Origin: Marsupella aquatica
Taxonomy: Eukaryota > Plantae > Marchantiophyta
Length of the DNA: 64,000 nucleotides
Assembly: GCA_973895155.1 (NCBI GenBank)
Contig: OZ316891.1
Location: 9,177,875-9,241,874 of the forward strand
Direction of reading: 5' to 3'
Below the pieces are notes generated by a model. That model worked only from the letters and a program-made list of their open reading frames with translations, was not told where the DNA came from and ran no database searches. The translations under genes and the position numbers were made by a program. Shown here one piece after another: positions 1-14,800 of the stretch; the first letter of the stretch is position 1; every line of letters starts with the position of its first letter.

Positions 1-3000
1 CAATCTTTATATTCAAGTGAACTATCACAAAGTCATGTCTCTAATGGGCTTGGCCTACACAGATTTACAAGTAGTGAGAGTGTAATCATTTGGATGAGGA
101 GACCAACGTGAAATCTTTGGTCTTTGGACAATTCCACATAAAGGACGGCACCACTATTAGACTTTTCCTTGGGTGTCTGCTTTCTTACTCAAGTCAGAAA
201 AAGTTGGTGTCAACCTAAATCAGTGACTCCTCCTAACATATACTAAAATGTACTTCAAGGATGCAAGGAGCTTCATTCATGTTGCTAAAGGTGGTTCTGA
301 GCAAGGAATTTATTACATAGCATGTTCATCCTGGTACATGCCTTTTTGTTTGTTTGTTTGTCTTGTAGTGATATATAATTCATTTGATGACAAAAGAAGT
401 AAGTACTTGTAAAGTATATGCCAAAAAATTAATATCTATTAATTAAAAATTAGTGACATAACACATAAAACCATAAAGTAAACCTGTAAAGAAAAGTACA
501 TTATGACCAAACAAATAGAAAGGTACTAAAGAGTTGTGCACATATAGTACTTGCTTCTAGGTAATGATAATCAACTTAATTAAAACATACATTTTGTAAA
601 GAAAACTAGATGTGCACTTCAAATTCATTTATCTCACTTTCATGAAAAAAGAGTGAGAAAAAAAGAAGAATTCACTAAAGAGTGATTTAAAATAAATAAA
701 TAAATATTTATGAGGGGAGCCAAATACATTCAAAATAAAAAAAAATTCACTAAAGAGGGATTCAAAATGAAAAATTTAACATTTATGAGGGGAGTCAAAT
801 ATATTCAAAATACTTTAAGTTCACTAAAAGTAAAAGGGGTCCAATAGTTAATTCAAAATAAACTTAATACCCAATGATTCACCTTGTTAAGACACATTAA
901 AATAACTTAATACCTAATGATTCACGACACATTAAAATAAAAATACTGTACACAAAATCTGAATAAGACAAAATATTAAAGGTGAATTCCCCATATATTG
1001 GAGCTTCATATTGTTCACCACATCGCAGCTTGATTCATGTTGCTAAAGATGGTTCTGAGCAAGCAGTTGACGAAAACCTAAGTGAGAAAACAAAAGATCC
1101 TTCCATAGACTCAGTTTTGGATGGCAAGGACATACAACACTTGCTTTGCACAACTTGGCGTCACTAGGACGAAAAAGGCCTAGTCAACCATCCAGGGGCA
1201 TTAACAACACTGATAATGGCACTGACAAAATATTGGAACCCGTTGTGCAACAACCCGCAGCATTTGCTGTAGGCAACTTGGCTTGCGAAGATGCCAGTAG
1301 AAAGATGACGGAGAAAAGTATCAACCATCCAGTGCTGTTAGTGGACCTAACACTGGCATTGACAGAAGATAAGAATCCTGTTTTACAGCAATTGGCACCT
1401 TTCGCCTGGAGCAACTTGGCAAATGGTGATAGATAGATGATTGCTAAAATCATAGACCATTTCGGTGCACTGGAGGCACTACTGGATTCTCTAACCAAGT
1501 CGACCAACCCTGCTTCATAGAAAGAAGCAATGACATTGGGCATCCTTGCCTCTCGCTAAAATAAGGCGAAGTCCAATATTCTAGTCATCGGGTGACACTT
1601 GAGGGGCTAGTGCTTCCTTCACTCAATCATGACAAGATCGGTATGAGACTTGACTTGGATTGGACCTCGTGGAGCTCAGAAAAATAATGGAGACGGGGAG
1701 ATGCTGACGAGGGGTTTCCTCTCAGAATTGCAAGGAATGAAATGGTAGCAGACGTTATTGCTACTACCTGCAGCAGACTCGTGAGAAGCTTTGCTCTGTG
1801 AACAGCTTGTAAAGTTTGCCAGTGTTTGGTCCTTCCTCGATACTCTTCTGACTGCTTGGTACTGCAATCCATTCATTGGATAGACTCAATCAGTCAGTCA
1901 CACATTGGGCTTAGGATCTAGGGATTCGGTCTATGTTAGTAGTGCTTATATTAGACTACAAAACCATGTCAATGCTCACCAAGGTCTGTCCTCCCGGTCG
2001 ATCCGACTCAATACGTACACATGCATGAAAACGAGTTTGATCAGAACTGAAAGGAATAAATTTGGGTGTGAAACTCATCCAGGATGAGATTGGTAGCCTG
2101 ATCTAAGGACTCCATGCAGATCAATACAAAAATTACACATTAAGGGCTATCTCAAGATCAACCTCATTGGAGTGGCATCATTTGTGCTGTGAAGAAACTT
2201 TTAGCTCAACACAGCCACTGACAGTAGTTTAACTGAGGGTCTAGCTCACCCATCAGAACTGAATTCCTTATCGATGTGCTGCACCCCGGCTGGCCCAATG
2301 ACTCCGTGGCTTGATCTACGACCGTTTGGACTCTGCCAAGAAGTACGAGCCGAACTACAGATTACCCAGGAATGGGCTTGCTACTAGAATTATTGCTATT
2401 ATGGTTTAGGGTACCGAACTACTGAGGGGTTTGTTTTTTGTGTTCCTACTCAGTGTTCTCTGCATTGTTTCTCCCATTTGGATGAAAACGATGAAATTGC
2501 CTTGGTTTGGCTCGTCTTTGTTTTGCGCAGAGATTGCATTTAACTCCGGCCACTCATTAGTATAAGGATACTTTGGTATCTTGTAATGCAGACTGTCCAT
2601 GCCATTCGAGCAATACAAGTTATACAGAGCTATCAAAATCCCATCTTCGCCAACTCACTCCACCACTCGAGAGCCATGAACACCAGTCGAGACTTATACA
2701 AAACTTGAGTCAGTAGTAAGTTGCTGGTCAAGAATCTAGAAAGCAGGTGAAGGAGGGGAGAACAGAGCGAAGAAGTTGAGGGTTACCAAGAAGAACGAGG
2801 CAGGAGGAGAAGCCGCCAAGGCAAAGAAGACGGACAGTAGGTTGACATTGATATGATCCTCATGGCCTCATTTTGTCTCAGCAACTCCCGCAATCATCAG
2901 CCAGCTCGTGCTCTCCGCTCGTGACGCTGGCACCACAACATCGTTCTCGCCCTCCTTCATCTACGAGGAATACAAGTAATCATCACATCAAACCCACATT

Positions 3001-5928
3001 AATATTGCCTCTGCAAGTAATCAACCACTATAAATCTCCAAAGGTGTAGGGGGTTTGCTTACTGTTTACATACACATTTGCTTAAATATAGTGTAACGAT
3101 ACAATAACACACTATATTACAGTGGTTGCTTACTGGGTTTGGTCAAGATAGTGTTACAGTAGACCAACCCAATAACCTTTGGAGATGCTCTAATACTCTT
3201 ACAAAAATCAAGTAAATAACCACTACAATATAATTGCAATCTCCTGCAAGTAATCAACCACTGTAATATTGCAATACCCTGCAAGTAGTCAACCACCATA
3301 ATATTCAGCAAAGTATTATTATACAACTTTGACAAAATTTTAAATACCTTGCTGAATATAAAAAACAATGTTTTAACAAAATTGGATTTTTAAATACCTT
3401 TAGTATAAGTTTTTTTTGTAATTATTAGCCCAACAAGATCAAAACTAACCTTCATTTGTTCGCACCCTGTTCTAATAATTCAACAAGTGATTCCCCAGGG
3501 TGCATAACAAGTGGGGGATCCAGTCTTTGGACCCAATCTTGACCGTTAGTTAAGGAACTTAACATTTGGTCAGCATTAGGTCAAGCCAAAAATACCTTGA
3601 TGCCCCCCCTCGCGTCATGCTGGGGTGAGTCAACTAGGCACAATGGTACGGAAGGGTAATTATTAGCCTCCTATGTTATGGGGACAGGATAGGATAGTGA
3701 TAGTAATCAGGGGGGAGGGAGGCACAAGGAGGGAGAGCCGGGGGGGGGGGGGGGTGGGGGAGGTTGTACAGTTAAAGGCAAAAACCAAGCACTTTCAATT
3801 GATGAAAGAAATTGCAGCCAAAACTTGTATTGCCAACGTTCTTGCCACAAGTGTCACACATTTCTCTCTATCCTTTTGCACCTTGCACCCTCTACTTTTG
3901 AGTGGACTTCTACAACATTCAATAACACACATTTTCCATGCACATTTTGTGCCATGACAACATTTTGGGCAGAGAATGTTTTTTCACAGGACAAACATTC
4001 TATGACAACAAGACCTCCACAAGAATAACAAGATTTGCACCAACAATAGCTGCAACAATGACAACACTTATAATGACAACATGGCTACCATGACACCTTT
4101 GTAACCACTGGCATTGCCTTCATATCAGAGGGTGAGGAAGGGAGAGTGGGAGGAGAGAAAAGGGAGGGAGGACTCGAGGAAGGGGAAAAAAGAAAAGATA
4201 CTCTCCCTCCAAGTAGCAGCGCACAATGGACCCAGATCCACCCCGTCTTGCTCTTCCTCAGCTCTCCCAACAGCATCACTTTCACAACATTAACAAAATG
4301 ACAACATTTCCGGGGCAACAACCACCTAAAATAATTGTACCTTTGTCTATGAACAAACAAAGAATTTTGTTGTTTGTTCCACACATAGAAGTACCATTTT
4401 TGTGTTTAAAGCCAGAATTGCCCATGAGTAAGTGTTGTAACTGGCTTGCAGGCAGTTAAGCCTCCATTTCATACATATATGTTTCTGTATTTATCCATAC
4501 AAATCTTATAATCTTATAATTTTATCACAAGCAATCAGGTGCATAACACATGAAACCCTCTCCAGACAGTTTGGATCTGATTTACCTTGTGTTGTATGGA
4601 GAAGGAGCATCCATTGTCTTCTGTATTTTTATATTAATCCTACAATATTACGCGCACCTATGGCACATAACACAACCCTTTCCAGACAGGTTGGATCAGA
4701 ATCCATTGCCTTTTGTATTTCTTTATATAATCTTACACTATGAGAGCATCCCCACCCATCCTCCAGCAAGGCCTGTTGGCTACTGACATTGTTTTCCGGA
4801 GCAACAATATTTTTCATTCTCACACCTGTTCCTGTTATCCCAATATTTTTTCCAGATAGGTCAAGGGAGGAAATACAGACTGGAAAATTGAACATTTTTG
4901 GCGAGTACAAAGTTTTCCCCGGGCTTGACAAACTGCATCGACACTGGTGACATTCCCAGATGTATTGCATGAATTAGACACCAAATTTATTGTTCATGGG
5001 TACTCTCCACTATACATGCTGCAACCATTGTATGCTTTGGGACAGGAGCATGCCCAAATGCCAGCCACTGATGCAAGACAATTTTGTTTTGTTTTGGCAA
5101 GGGCTACTATCCTGGCCTACATAGGCTTCCCTTGAGAGTCAGTTCCCCAGGAGCATGCTCAAATGGCGTGCATGGCAGTTTTTGGTTTGGGAGAGCATTT
5201 TTAGTCTGGCCTGCATCTGCATTCCACAAGAGTCAATTTGCCAGCACTCAGCTGCTAAACCAATGCAGATAACAAGAGTTTGGATCAGAATCCATTGCCA
5301 CACCAGAGTGAAACTCGGGTAAGAGTCAGCTTATTTTTTAAGGATTAAAACTTTTTCCCCAGAGTGGCAAATGTCCAGTGTGTGAACGAGAAGATGCTCA
5401 AAATATTCCTTATCTGAGTATTTTCCTGACCGTTAGATCTCCCTAGATTTAAGGATGACGGTTATATTCTGGCTAGTGGGACCTATGATTAGGTGGGACA
5501 CTGGCTAATGAGACAGCAAAAGCAAAATATTAGTTAATTTTCGCCAAAAGTGGCGATTGCTTTTTGGGGAGCTGGAATTTGGCGGATTTTTGCCATTAAA
5601 AAAAATTCGCTGGTAAGAGTGTTTGGTAGAGGATTGAACCCGATAGAAAAATACCTTATGTTCATGAAAAATGAAAAGAAGCTCGTTGTTGAAAGCTCGG
5701 CCAAACAGTAGGAGCATACCTTTGCTTTGAAGGCAAGAGGCTGAACAGCCGTCTGTACCCACTAGCCTTATCTGATTTTCATCTTCCCTCCTCTTGTTCG
5801 GATCCTCGTAAGTTCGTTCGAGAGCTAGAGTACATTCTTCAGGCCCGTGAACCAGTTCGTTCCCCAGCTCCATCTTTGTTGAAAGAAAGGCATTGTGGTG
5901 GGCAATCCAACCAGCCGGGAGGGAAAGG

Positions 5929-6567
5929 ATGGAGAGTGTCAGCGCCATGGCTGTGTCGACATCATCCATCACTAACATTTCAGCTCTTTTGTGCAGCTGC
6001 AGGAGCTCAGCAAGGTCCAGCTTCGTGAGGACTCAACCCACAACAACCTCCCTTCTCTTCGTGGCTCCTACACCGGGAGCTCTCTTGCACCGGAGAACTG
6101 TGAAGAGCAGCTTTCCCCGAGCCATCTCCAATTCCGGGCCAGTGGTAGGGAGTAGAAGAAGAGTGGGCTTAAATGTGATCACCTCCCAGGCGAAGTCGGA
6201 GGACGTGGACAGTATTGGGGCAGTGGGAGTTGGAGCCATTGCTGGAGGTCTGGTTGCCAATCCAGTGGTGTGGTGGTCTCTCTACACGTTGAAGACCACT
6301 GGGTGCGGACTCCCACCTGGGCCGGGGGGCTCTATTGGTGCAATTGAAGGAGTGAGCTATCTTGTGATCTTGGGAGTCATTGGATGGTCTATCTACACGA
6401 AGGTCAAGACTGGGTCTGGGTTGCCACAGGGCCCATTCGGCCTTCTCGGTGCTGTTGAGGGCATTTCTTACCTCTCACTGTTGGCCGTTGTGGTTGTCTT
6501 TGGCCTCCAAGCTTTGGATTTCGGTTTCATTCCCGGCCCTCTTCCGGGAAAGGAGTGCTTTGGCTGA
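5929..6567 (+). CDS. Intronless gene for a probable plastid-targeted membrane protein of unknown function, with an internally duplicated TGxGLPxGPxGxxGAxEGxSYL motif
   Basis: Open ORF from ATG 5929 (alternative 5947). Ser/Thr/Arg-rich transit-peptide-like N-terminus, then hydrophobic helices with TGCGLPPGPGGSIGAIEGVSYL and TGSGLPQGPFGLLGAVEGISYL. Resembles, from memory, a conserved green-plant family (Arabidopsis AT3G50685-like). Confidence 0.85.
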   Translation: MESVSAMAVSTSSITNISALLCSCRSSARSSFVRTQPTTTSLLFVAPTPGALLHRRTVKSSFPRAISNSGPVVGSRRRVGLNVITSQAKSEDVDSIGAVGVGAIAGGLVANPVVWWSLYTLKTTGCGLPPGPGGSIGAIEGVSYLVILGVIGWSIYTKVKTGSGLPQGPFGLLGAVEGISYLSLLAVVVVFGLQALDFGFIPGPLPGKECFG

Positions 6568-8845
6568 TGGAATCAAAGGTTTCTGTAGCTCATCGGCAGC
6601 TCATGACACATTGACATGATTGAAGAAGAGTGTTGCCGTTCAGTGGGACAGCTGATCAGAAACGTCGCAACATGAATTGCTGAGGTTAAGTAGGAATTAG
6701 ATCAGTTAGATTTATGTCGTCAGGACGTGTATTTTTAGCCATCGACGGGCAGTTAGCTAATTTGTCTTGTTTCCTCATTGTAGGACATGAATATGGTTTG
6801 TGAATATTTGGCTTTCATATCTTATTTTTGCGTCAGAGTCCTCCGCTAAAGTGTCATCAGCAGAGACGCTTGTCGCTTTGAAGAATTGCTCGAGGAGTTG
6901 AAATGCAGGGCTATTTTTCTCGCAGTTGTGTAAAATTCTTTGGAATGTCATTCAAATTACTTGTCACGTGATGTGTTGTTTCCATCGAACAGGCAGGCAT
7001 GCAGGCAGGTTACCTCTTCCTTTGTAGTACTGGGCACTAGAGGATATCGAAGGGATACCGAGGTAGCCAGTCTGGTACAATAGTATAGTTTGCGATGACG
7101 TGCCCTGGTGAGTTGACACGATTTACCTCGCCCTGCCCGTTTTGTTGCTAAAACATTTCTTATCGAGACTCGTTCAGGACTCAGGTGCTCGAGAATCCCA
7201 GGGTTCTCGAGCATTCTCTTAACATGTTGAAGCAGGGGTTTTCAGGGCATGGTGGGTTTTGTGGCCTGGTTCACGGGTTTTGGGACCGTAGGATCTCGGT
7301 TTGATGATGGAACAGATAATGCCCCAACTAGCTGGGTACCTGATTGCTGCTTCATTCTGAAAAGACCTAGGATAGCATATTGAGTAGAAGATAAGAAGAT
7401 GATAAATCTGAGTAGGGCTAGAAGATCTGGTATGGTCGGTTCTTAAAGCATGAAGCAAGTAAGGCGCCCATGATGGTCTCTGTCTTCATGCATTGTTATT
7501 CGAAGAAATGTTGGCTCGAAGTTAGAACCTCGACAAATCTGTCAGTTCATTTCGCTGAGCGTAAGTGGGGATTTATTCTAAAAATATGTCTGGAGTTACA
7601 AGAATTCCGTAAGTCCATAATGTCAGGGAAGTTACAAGGATCCCCTTTCTCTATATTAGAAATGGAAGCCTTATTGCCCAGCTTATTACGAGCTCGCGAG
7701 ATTGATTCGTCTCAAACTTCACTGGAGTGCCATGCTGTACTCCTTTTAGTTCTTTCTTTTGTGGGTGAAACGGACTTCCTCCTTTACCACGAAGTAAACC
7801 TGTGGGAAACCATTATGTGAAAATTAAATGCCCATGTTCTGGCAAGCAGGGCACATTCGTATGACTAGACTCTAAGAATCTGACAGAGTATATTGCCGAA
7901 CGGATTTCCAGATGAACCTATTCGTTGAATTCACTGTTTCTGTGAAACTATAATTTGCCTCACTATTATCACAGGGGATTGTTCAGCAGTCTCTGTGACG
8001 ATAAGCTGCGGAACTGAGTCGATCTAAAGGTGCGTTCTTCGTATCATCTCATGACTACATTAGTTAAAGATAAGAAAAACTTCAAGCTATCAACGTATGC
8101 CCGTTCGAGTGGCTGGTACCCCGCGCATAGGGCTGGGGTTTACGTCACTCAATGGTTTACTTGGACTATCCAAAACCGAGACAAGTCTCTCTTTCTAGAA
8201 ATACCAGGGAGCCCTCGTTTTTCTCTTCACGGGCGGGGTCCTATGGGTGCACATACAAAGTCAACGACATTCATGCACGAAATCTCGAATTCACGCACCC
8301 TTTTCTGCACAAAATAACAGAAGAAAAATGCTGAAAGTAACGTCATTCCGTCCGCCTCTAAAGTTCGTACCACCTTTGTGTTTTATCAGCACGGACTCTC
8401 TTCACTGGGCATAACAAACCACAAAAGAATGTCTGGAGTCCACAACCAGCATAACTTTCGTTTTGATTCTTTCCACCAGTAGCAACGAAGTGAGATAACG
8501 GCAGCGTAAAGGAAAGAAATGGTTTCTGCATTACCTAATCAGATACACACTCCTGTTTCCAACGGGGTTGAAGCGCCATTCCCATCAGGAAAGTACATCT
8601 GTGCCGTCCTTTCCGTCAAGTCACTTCGGAGGCCCTATCTCCCTCCTCTTCATGAAACATGAAATGAGATATCCCAGTGCGAATTCAAATGCAAAGTGAT
8701 AGGCAAGAGACTGTACAGCGTAACTTAAACCTGAAACCTATGAATGTACACCGTAATATGGAACACAAAATTGAAGTGCATTGCCTCACCTTCCCACAGC
8801 AGGCAAGCAACCCAGTAAAGTAAATTGATCATAAATAGAATTGAT

Positions 8846-11800
8846 TTAAGAATTCCTATGTTGGCGAAGGTTTCTATTGAATTGGGGTTGCATGAGCCGG
8901 GCATAAAGACCAAGCTTGGTCATAAGAGTATCATGGCTGCCTTCCTCAACTATTTGTCCATCGTGAAGTAAGGCCACTACATCCACTCGTCGCATGAGGG
9001 CAAGACGGTGAGCGACCACAATAGTAGTTCTGCTGCCCATAATTAGCTGATCTAAAGCTTCCTGCACCACCTTGTTTGAGTCGGCTTCTACAGCTGTGGA
9101 GGCTTCATCGATGAGGAGAATAGGTGGATTTTTAAGCACCACTCTGGCGATCGCGATTCGGAGCCTTTGTCCAGGAGATAGCTGCAGACCCCTCATTCCA
9201 ATATGGGTGTCATAACCATGAGGCAGGCTGCAGATGAAGTGGTGAGCATTGGCAATTCTGGCAGCTTCAGTCATCTCCGTCTCAGTCGCATTAGGTCTTG
9301 CGTACATTATATTCTCTCTAATGGTTGTAGAGAAAAGAACAGGCTCCTGTTCGACAAGCCCCATATGGCTCCGGAGCCACCTAACGTTCAAAAGTTTCAA
9401 GTCTTTGCCATCCAACAAAATGCGGCCAAACTGAGGTTCATAAAACCGCTCCATGAGAGAAAGTATCGTGGTCTTCCCGGATCCAGCTGTCCCGACAATG
9501 GCCACAGTTTGACCAGCCTCCACCTTCAAGTTGAAGTTGTGCAAGATGACAATTTCAGGCTTTGTAGGGTACATGAATTCGACATCTTGAAACTCCAGGC
9601 GCCCAGCAACAAGGTTCGGTTTTGCACCTACGTGATCATCACTCTCCACCCTAGGCTTTCTGTCAATGATGGCAAAGACGGGTACAATGGATTGCCGGCG
9701 TTTCAGGATCAAAGGAGCCAGCCCGAAGGCTTCAATCATCACAAACGTTACAAAAGAATAAACAAGGTAGCCTCGAAGGGGACGAGGGAAAGCAATTTCG
9801 TTGAATTGCGGATGCCTTTTGAGCAGCCCCGTACTGTACCATAGAATAATTGCGTTCGAAGCAAAGAGAAAGAACTGAGAAATTCCAAAAACAAATCCAC
9901 TTGCGTGGCCTCGGACAAAGCTGCGCCAGAGTGGCACCCTCATTTGCTGCTTAAAGAGTTGCAGCACCTTCCCATCAGCAGAAAATGAAAACACGTTGTG
10001 GATATTTGCAACTGCTTCTTCCAGCACTCGACGAGCTTTACTGTGGGCTTCCCTGATGTCTCCGGAGAAACCCATCATCCACAATTGCTGAAACAGGGTA
10101 GTTGTGCGAAAATTCACTCCAATTAGGTTTCATACGGGTGGGATGGTACTAAAGTCACATGAAACGTGCTATCAAATATAACTGAAAGAGGCCCATCTTC
10201 AAAATATGACCGCGGTGAGAAGACGATTCATGGAGAAATAGCATAGACAAATGAATATGAAAACAAGAAGTCGAGTTCGTGACAGAACAGAAGCAATTAG
10301 TCGACTGAATTCGAAGGGAAAGGTGATGAAAAAACGAAATCTTTGAGAGTAAAGGTTCATACCTGGGTAACAGCGGCAAATGTGAGAGGGGGGAAAGTTG
10401 CTAGTCCAAGAACCGCAAGTCGCCAATCGAGTAACATGCCCACAACCAGTACAACAAGTATAGATGTACAGTCCTGTATCAAGACTGACAACCTGTTGCT
10501 AAAAGCAGCTCGAACATACGTGGCGTCATTTGCTAGACGCACTGAAAGCACTTCAATGCTGTTATCCTCCTTGTCAAACCAACCGACTTCATTGCGGAGG
10601 ATTGCTGACAAATGTAGACAAGGAAATGGCAGCAATCAGGTTATGTCATCAAAAGTTCGCTTTACGATGCATCTGGATAATAACAAATGGATGGATATGC
10701 CATCACAAGTTTCTTAAACTTTGGAAGTTGTTTCCACAGATATTCGCAAATCTACTGCATCCAGTAGCTGTTACCTTAGTGTTATATCAGTCGAATGCTT
10801 CAGACATCTCTAAGGCAAAAAGTCTGTTTCAGCACATTGAAGGAGAGAGGGATACACAAACAGCTTGTGTCAACACTTGAACGCTAAACACTCGATCAAG
10901 GGCCAGTAAGCTGGATACATACCCGAGAACATCAATCTCCGCACTCGCTCTGTCATCTTCTCACCCATAATGCCAAAGTAGAAGTGCTGGAGGAAGTTGA
11001 CGACCACTGTAACAAATCCCATGCCCATTATTATCAGGGACCACTTACTTATCCTCCTTTCCATTTGTTCTCCACCTGAATTATAGTAGGCGTCTACGAG
11101 CTCGGAGATGATGAATCCAAAGAGCGGGTTAAAGGAACCAAAAAGAGCTGCCCCCACACTGCCTAGCAGAGCGCAGAACCACTCTGGAGAACTGAGCCTC
11201 GCCAGTCGGGATAGTGATGGCTTCTTTGACATAACGACTTCAGGAGACTCGTGTTTCTCTTCAAATTCAACAAGTTCTGAAATTGTCCTCGCGTAGTTTT
11301 TTGAGTGTGACCGCTCCCTCCTTGGATCAGAAGTCAGCAAAGGAGAAACAGGAGACTCGGGATCAGATATGTTAGAAGATTGTCGGTAGTGATTGCGAGG
11401 GATAATATCCAAGGGGGCAAGTGGTGGTACTTCAAGATGGTTTTTGAAGCCAGGTCCATCAAGAATATTTTTAAAAGACGGTGCGTCAAGACTCTTGAAC
11501 GATTGTGCCTCAAGAGGTCTGAAAGATGAATGATCAAGACTCTTGGCAGCAAATGTCTCGAGAGTTTGGTGGATCAATGGTGGATCATGACTGTGAGGAG
11601 CGAGGGGTTCCACATTCTCTTGCCACCTTATCGGAGGAGCTGCCTGTCCCAATTGCCTATCTAACGACTCAGATGAGAAGTCTCCACTATCATGCTTCCT
11701 CCCAGGAGGTGGACTGGGATTTGGGGGCGACTCAATTAACTTGGCAAAGTCGGGCAATCTCACTCCATTCTGTCTTACTAATGAAGGGGACCTGCAAAGC

Positions 11801-14800
11801 CGTGGTGGTGAATTTCGAGGTATAGCCGGGGGCGATGGTTGGGCATCTGATCCTGGAAAGTGACTACTTTCATACCTCCGAGACCTGCCACAAGGGACAA
11901 GAGATAGTAAATACCTCAGAAGGCACTGGTCACTATTTCTTCGAGCACGAAAGAATAACACCAGGAAAGTACGATGCTCATCTGCTCAAAAGTTACTTCG
12001 ACTTTCAAGGTCAGACTGTTTACAAGACAAGCTTTGCGAATCTCGACCCTGACTCATAACCATGAACGCAATGTTGAAGACAAGTAGAATTAGAGTGGCG
12101 GAAAATCAGCATATACCGTATTTTTGTGAAGATATCGTTTCAAAGTTCTAACTCTCATGCTGCAATTTTCAAGACTACAGAACCGCCAAGATTCGAAATG
12201 TTTGGTAGATTGGTACCTTCTGGCGGGTTTGGCAGTCTCTTGGAACCGAATAAGGTCTGCATATGATCCATCTACCCGTATCAACTCCTCGTGAGTTCCA
12301 TGCTCCACAAGAAGGCCCTCTTGAAGCACAGCAATGATATCTGCATTGCGAATGCTGGAGAGCCGATGTGCAATCACAACAGTAGATCGCCCTAACATGA
12401 GAATGTCAAGAGCTTCTTGCACACTCCTTTCAGCATCAGCATCCAGGCTACTTGTGGCTTCGTCAAGAAGAAGGATAGGAGGATTCTTGAGCACCGCTCT
12501 TGCAATTGCAAGCTTCAGCATCTTTTCTTCCGAAAGAACCAAACCTCCACTACCAACCTGCCGGCAAGACAGTAACACACATGTATGCAAGACTCCACTC
12601 AGAAAAATCTTTCCTCTTCCCTTGATGAGTAGCTATAATGTTATCCACTATTCATACCAAGAAATGACATTACTAACAGAGAACTCCTTACTAGGTACGA
12701 ATTAAAACGGAGTACGATCCAGGCCATTCTGACTTTGCACCGAGCAGTTTGTTAGCAGAGCGCCTGTGATGGCTTCTGTGTTCCTTCACTAGAGGCCTGA
12801 AGAGTAGGATGAGTCCCTCTGGATGACACATGGGTTACCTTATTGAAACTACACTTTACATGCAGATCATGATAATGATAAAAGTGCTACCTTTGTCTCG
12901 TATCCCTCTGGTAGGGAACTGATAAATGTGTGTGCATGTGCCATTTTTGCAGCTTCTTCAATCTCGTCCAGGCTTGCTCGACGCCCATATAAAATGTTCT
13001 CGCGTATACTGGTGGCAAACAAAGCTGCTTCCTGACTAACCAGGCCAATCTGACTCCTTAGCCACTCAATTTTAAGATTCTTGATGTTCTCTCCGTCCAG
13101 TAGAACCTCACCTGATAATGATGCAGGATAACTGTTAAATATACCACAATTTGAAGTCTTCTCGAACTCAATCTAGCCCGACCTTCGAGATCGTCAACAT
13201 CAATGTCAGGATGAATATGAGCATTCAACAGTTGCTCTGCTAACAACCTGAGGACGTTGCCGGAACTTTCTGAATAATTAATATCAAGGAAATTGGCATC
13301 CCTGAACTTGGCTACCAAGGTTTAGCAACACACCTAAAGTTGGGTCATAGAAGCGCTCGATTAATGAAATAACACTGCTTTTCCCTGAACCATTGCTACC
13401 GACAAGAGCCACTGTCTTCCTTGCAGGAATCGTCAGATACAATCCACTTAAGATAGGTACATCAGGGCTTGAAGGGTAGCTGAAGTAGACGTTGCGCAGC
13501 TCTATGCTTCCCTGAACATGTGCGAGAGTTTTTGCTTCTATTTGGGTACCATCCATGGCTGTTGGTAGTATACGACTTATCATTTCATAGAGTCTATGGG
13601 CTGCTATGCGGCCCTGATCAAAGGCCTGAAAATTTGTTGCTGCCTGATTTAAACCTCTGCAGAAAATCCGACATCGACTTTTAAAAAATCGACACACCCC
13701 GACAAAAACGAGAACCAGCGCAAAGAACACTCTTTGGTGGAACAATATAAAATATGTTACATCACTATATACTGAATTAATATAACTATTTGTGCTAGAA
13801 ATTCTCTATGATCTGATCCTTTGAGATCTGCAACGCATGAAATCCAACAAAAACAAAAGTGAGGCAAATTGCTGTTGTGAAGAAACAGGACTACCGACAG
13901 CATTACGGGGTGGCTGAACAAGGCGCTTACAGGCCACTCAAAATGATTGCAAAGACTGCTGCAATGACTTCACCACCCGTAGCGTTACGTCTTGCAACAA
14001 GGATTCGCCCAACCCAGAATTGGAGCGAACAGGAGCAGAGGGCAATTCCATAAATAAAGCCAAGTCCGACGCCTTGCACAAGGCTGATAAGGACTCCATA
14101 TCTAAGGGTAGCCTGTAGAGCGTTTGCATACGAATACTTCACGGTTGTCTCGTTTGCAAATGAATAGACAGTTCTGATGTAAGAGATGGCCTGCAAAGCC
14201 AAACAAAAATGATCCAACGATAATCAGATGGAAAATCAGAAACAACACATTTACCCAAATCGTTTCGTGCTGAACAATGTTACAATGTCAAGGACAGATT
14301 CTCTGGTCGAAAGAGTACCTGTTCAGCAATGGCAGCTGCTTCAGCATAAGCTTCTTGGACCATTTCCGCAAGTCGATTCAAGAACAGGTTTGAGATGCCA
14401 CCTGCGGCCACAATAAGGGGTGCAGTCGCTAAGGTCAGCAGTGAAATCTGCCAACAATTGACAAATCCCACCGCAAAACCTGCTATGCACGTAGCCATGT
14501 TGTGCACATAGTTCCCCACCTGACATTGATGACAAGAATATCCGAGTTTTTCAACTTCAAACAGGGATCGAGTACTTAATATAGACAGACAAGAGTGAGA
14601 AAGGTAAGGATGTGATTCAAGATGACTACAGAAACTGTGGATGCGGTGGAAAGGATCCCTATTTCTCCTCTACACATGAGACACATCTCTCGCCCCTCAG
14701 GAGCCGGGACGTACACTTCAAGAGTTCAAACTAAACGCATGGTGCTTGAAATTTTGCGATAGCTGAAGACTTGGCGAGGCGAAACTAAAAACAGTTGGAC

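Noticed and set aside
982-2960. Short ORFs and a ~37-bp direct repeat (~270 and ~1030) suggesting a decayed element
   Set aside because: No recognisable protein motif or termini.
9203-9844. 213-aa antisense ORF and other ORFs overlapping ABCB, pol and the LINE
   Set aside because: Shadow ORFs opposite real coding sequence, with no motifs.
12490-12557. Degenerate ABC signature in NBD1 ([13 protein letters not shown])
   Set aside because: From memory, a non-canonical NBD1 signature is typical of the ABCB6/20 clade, so it is not evidence of pseudogenisation or novelty.
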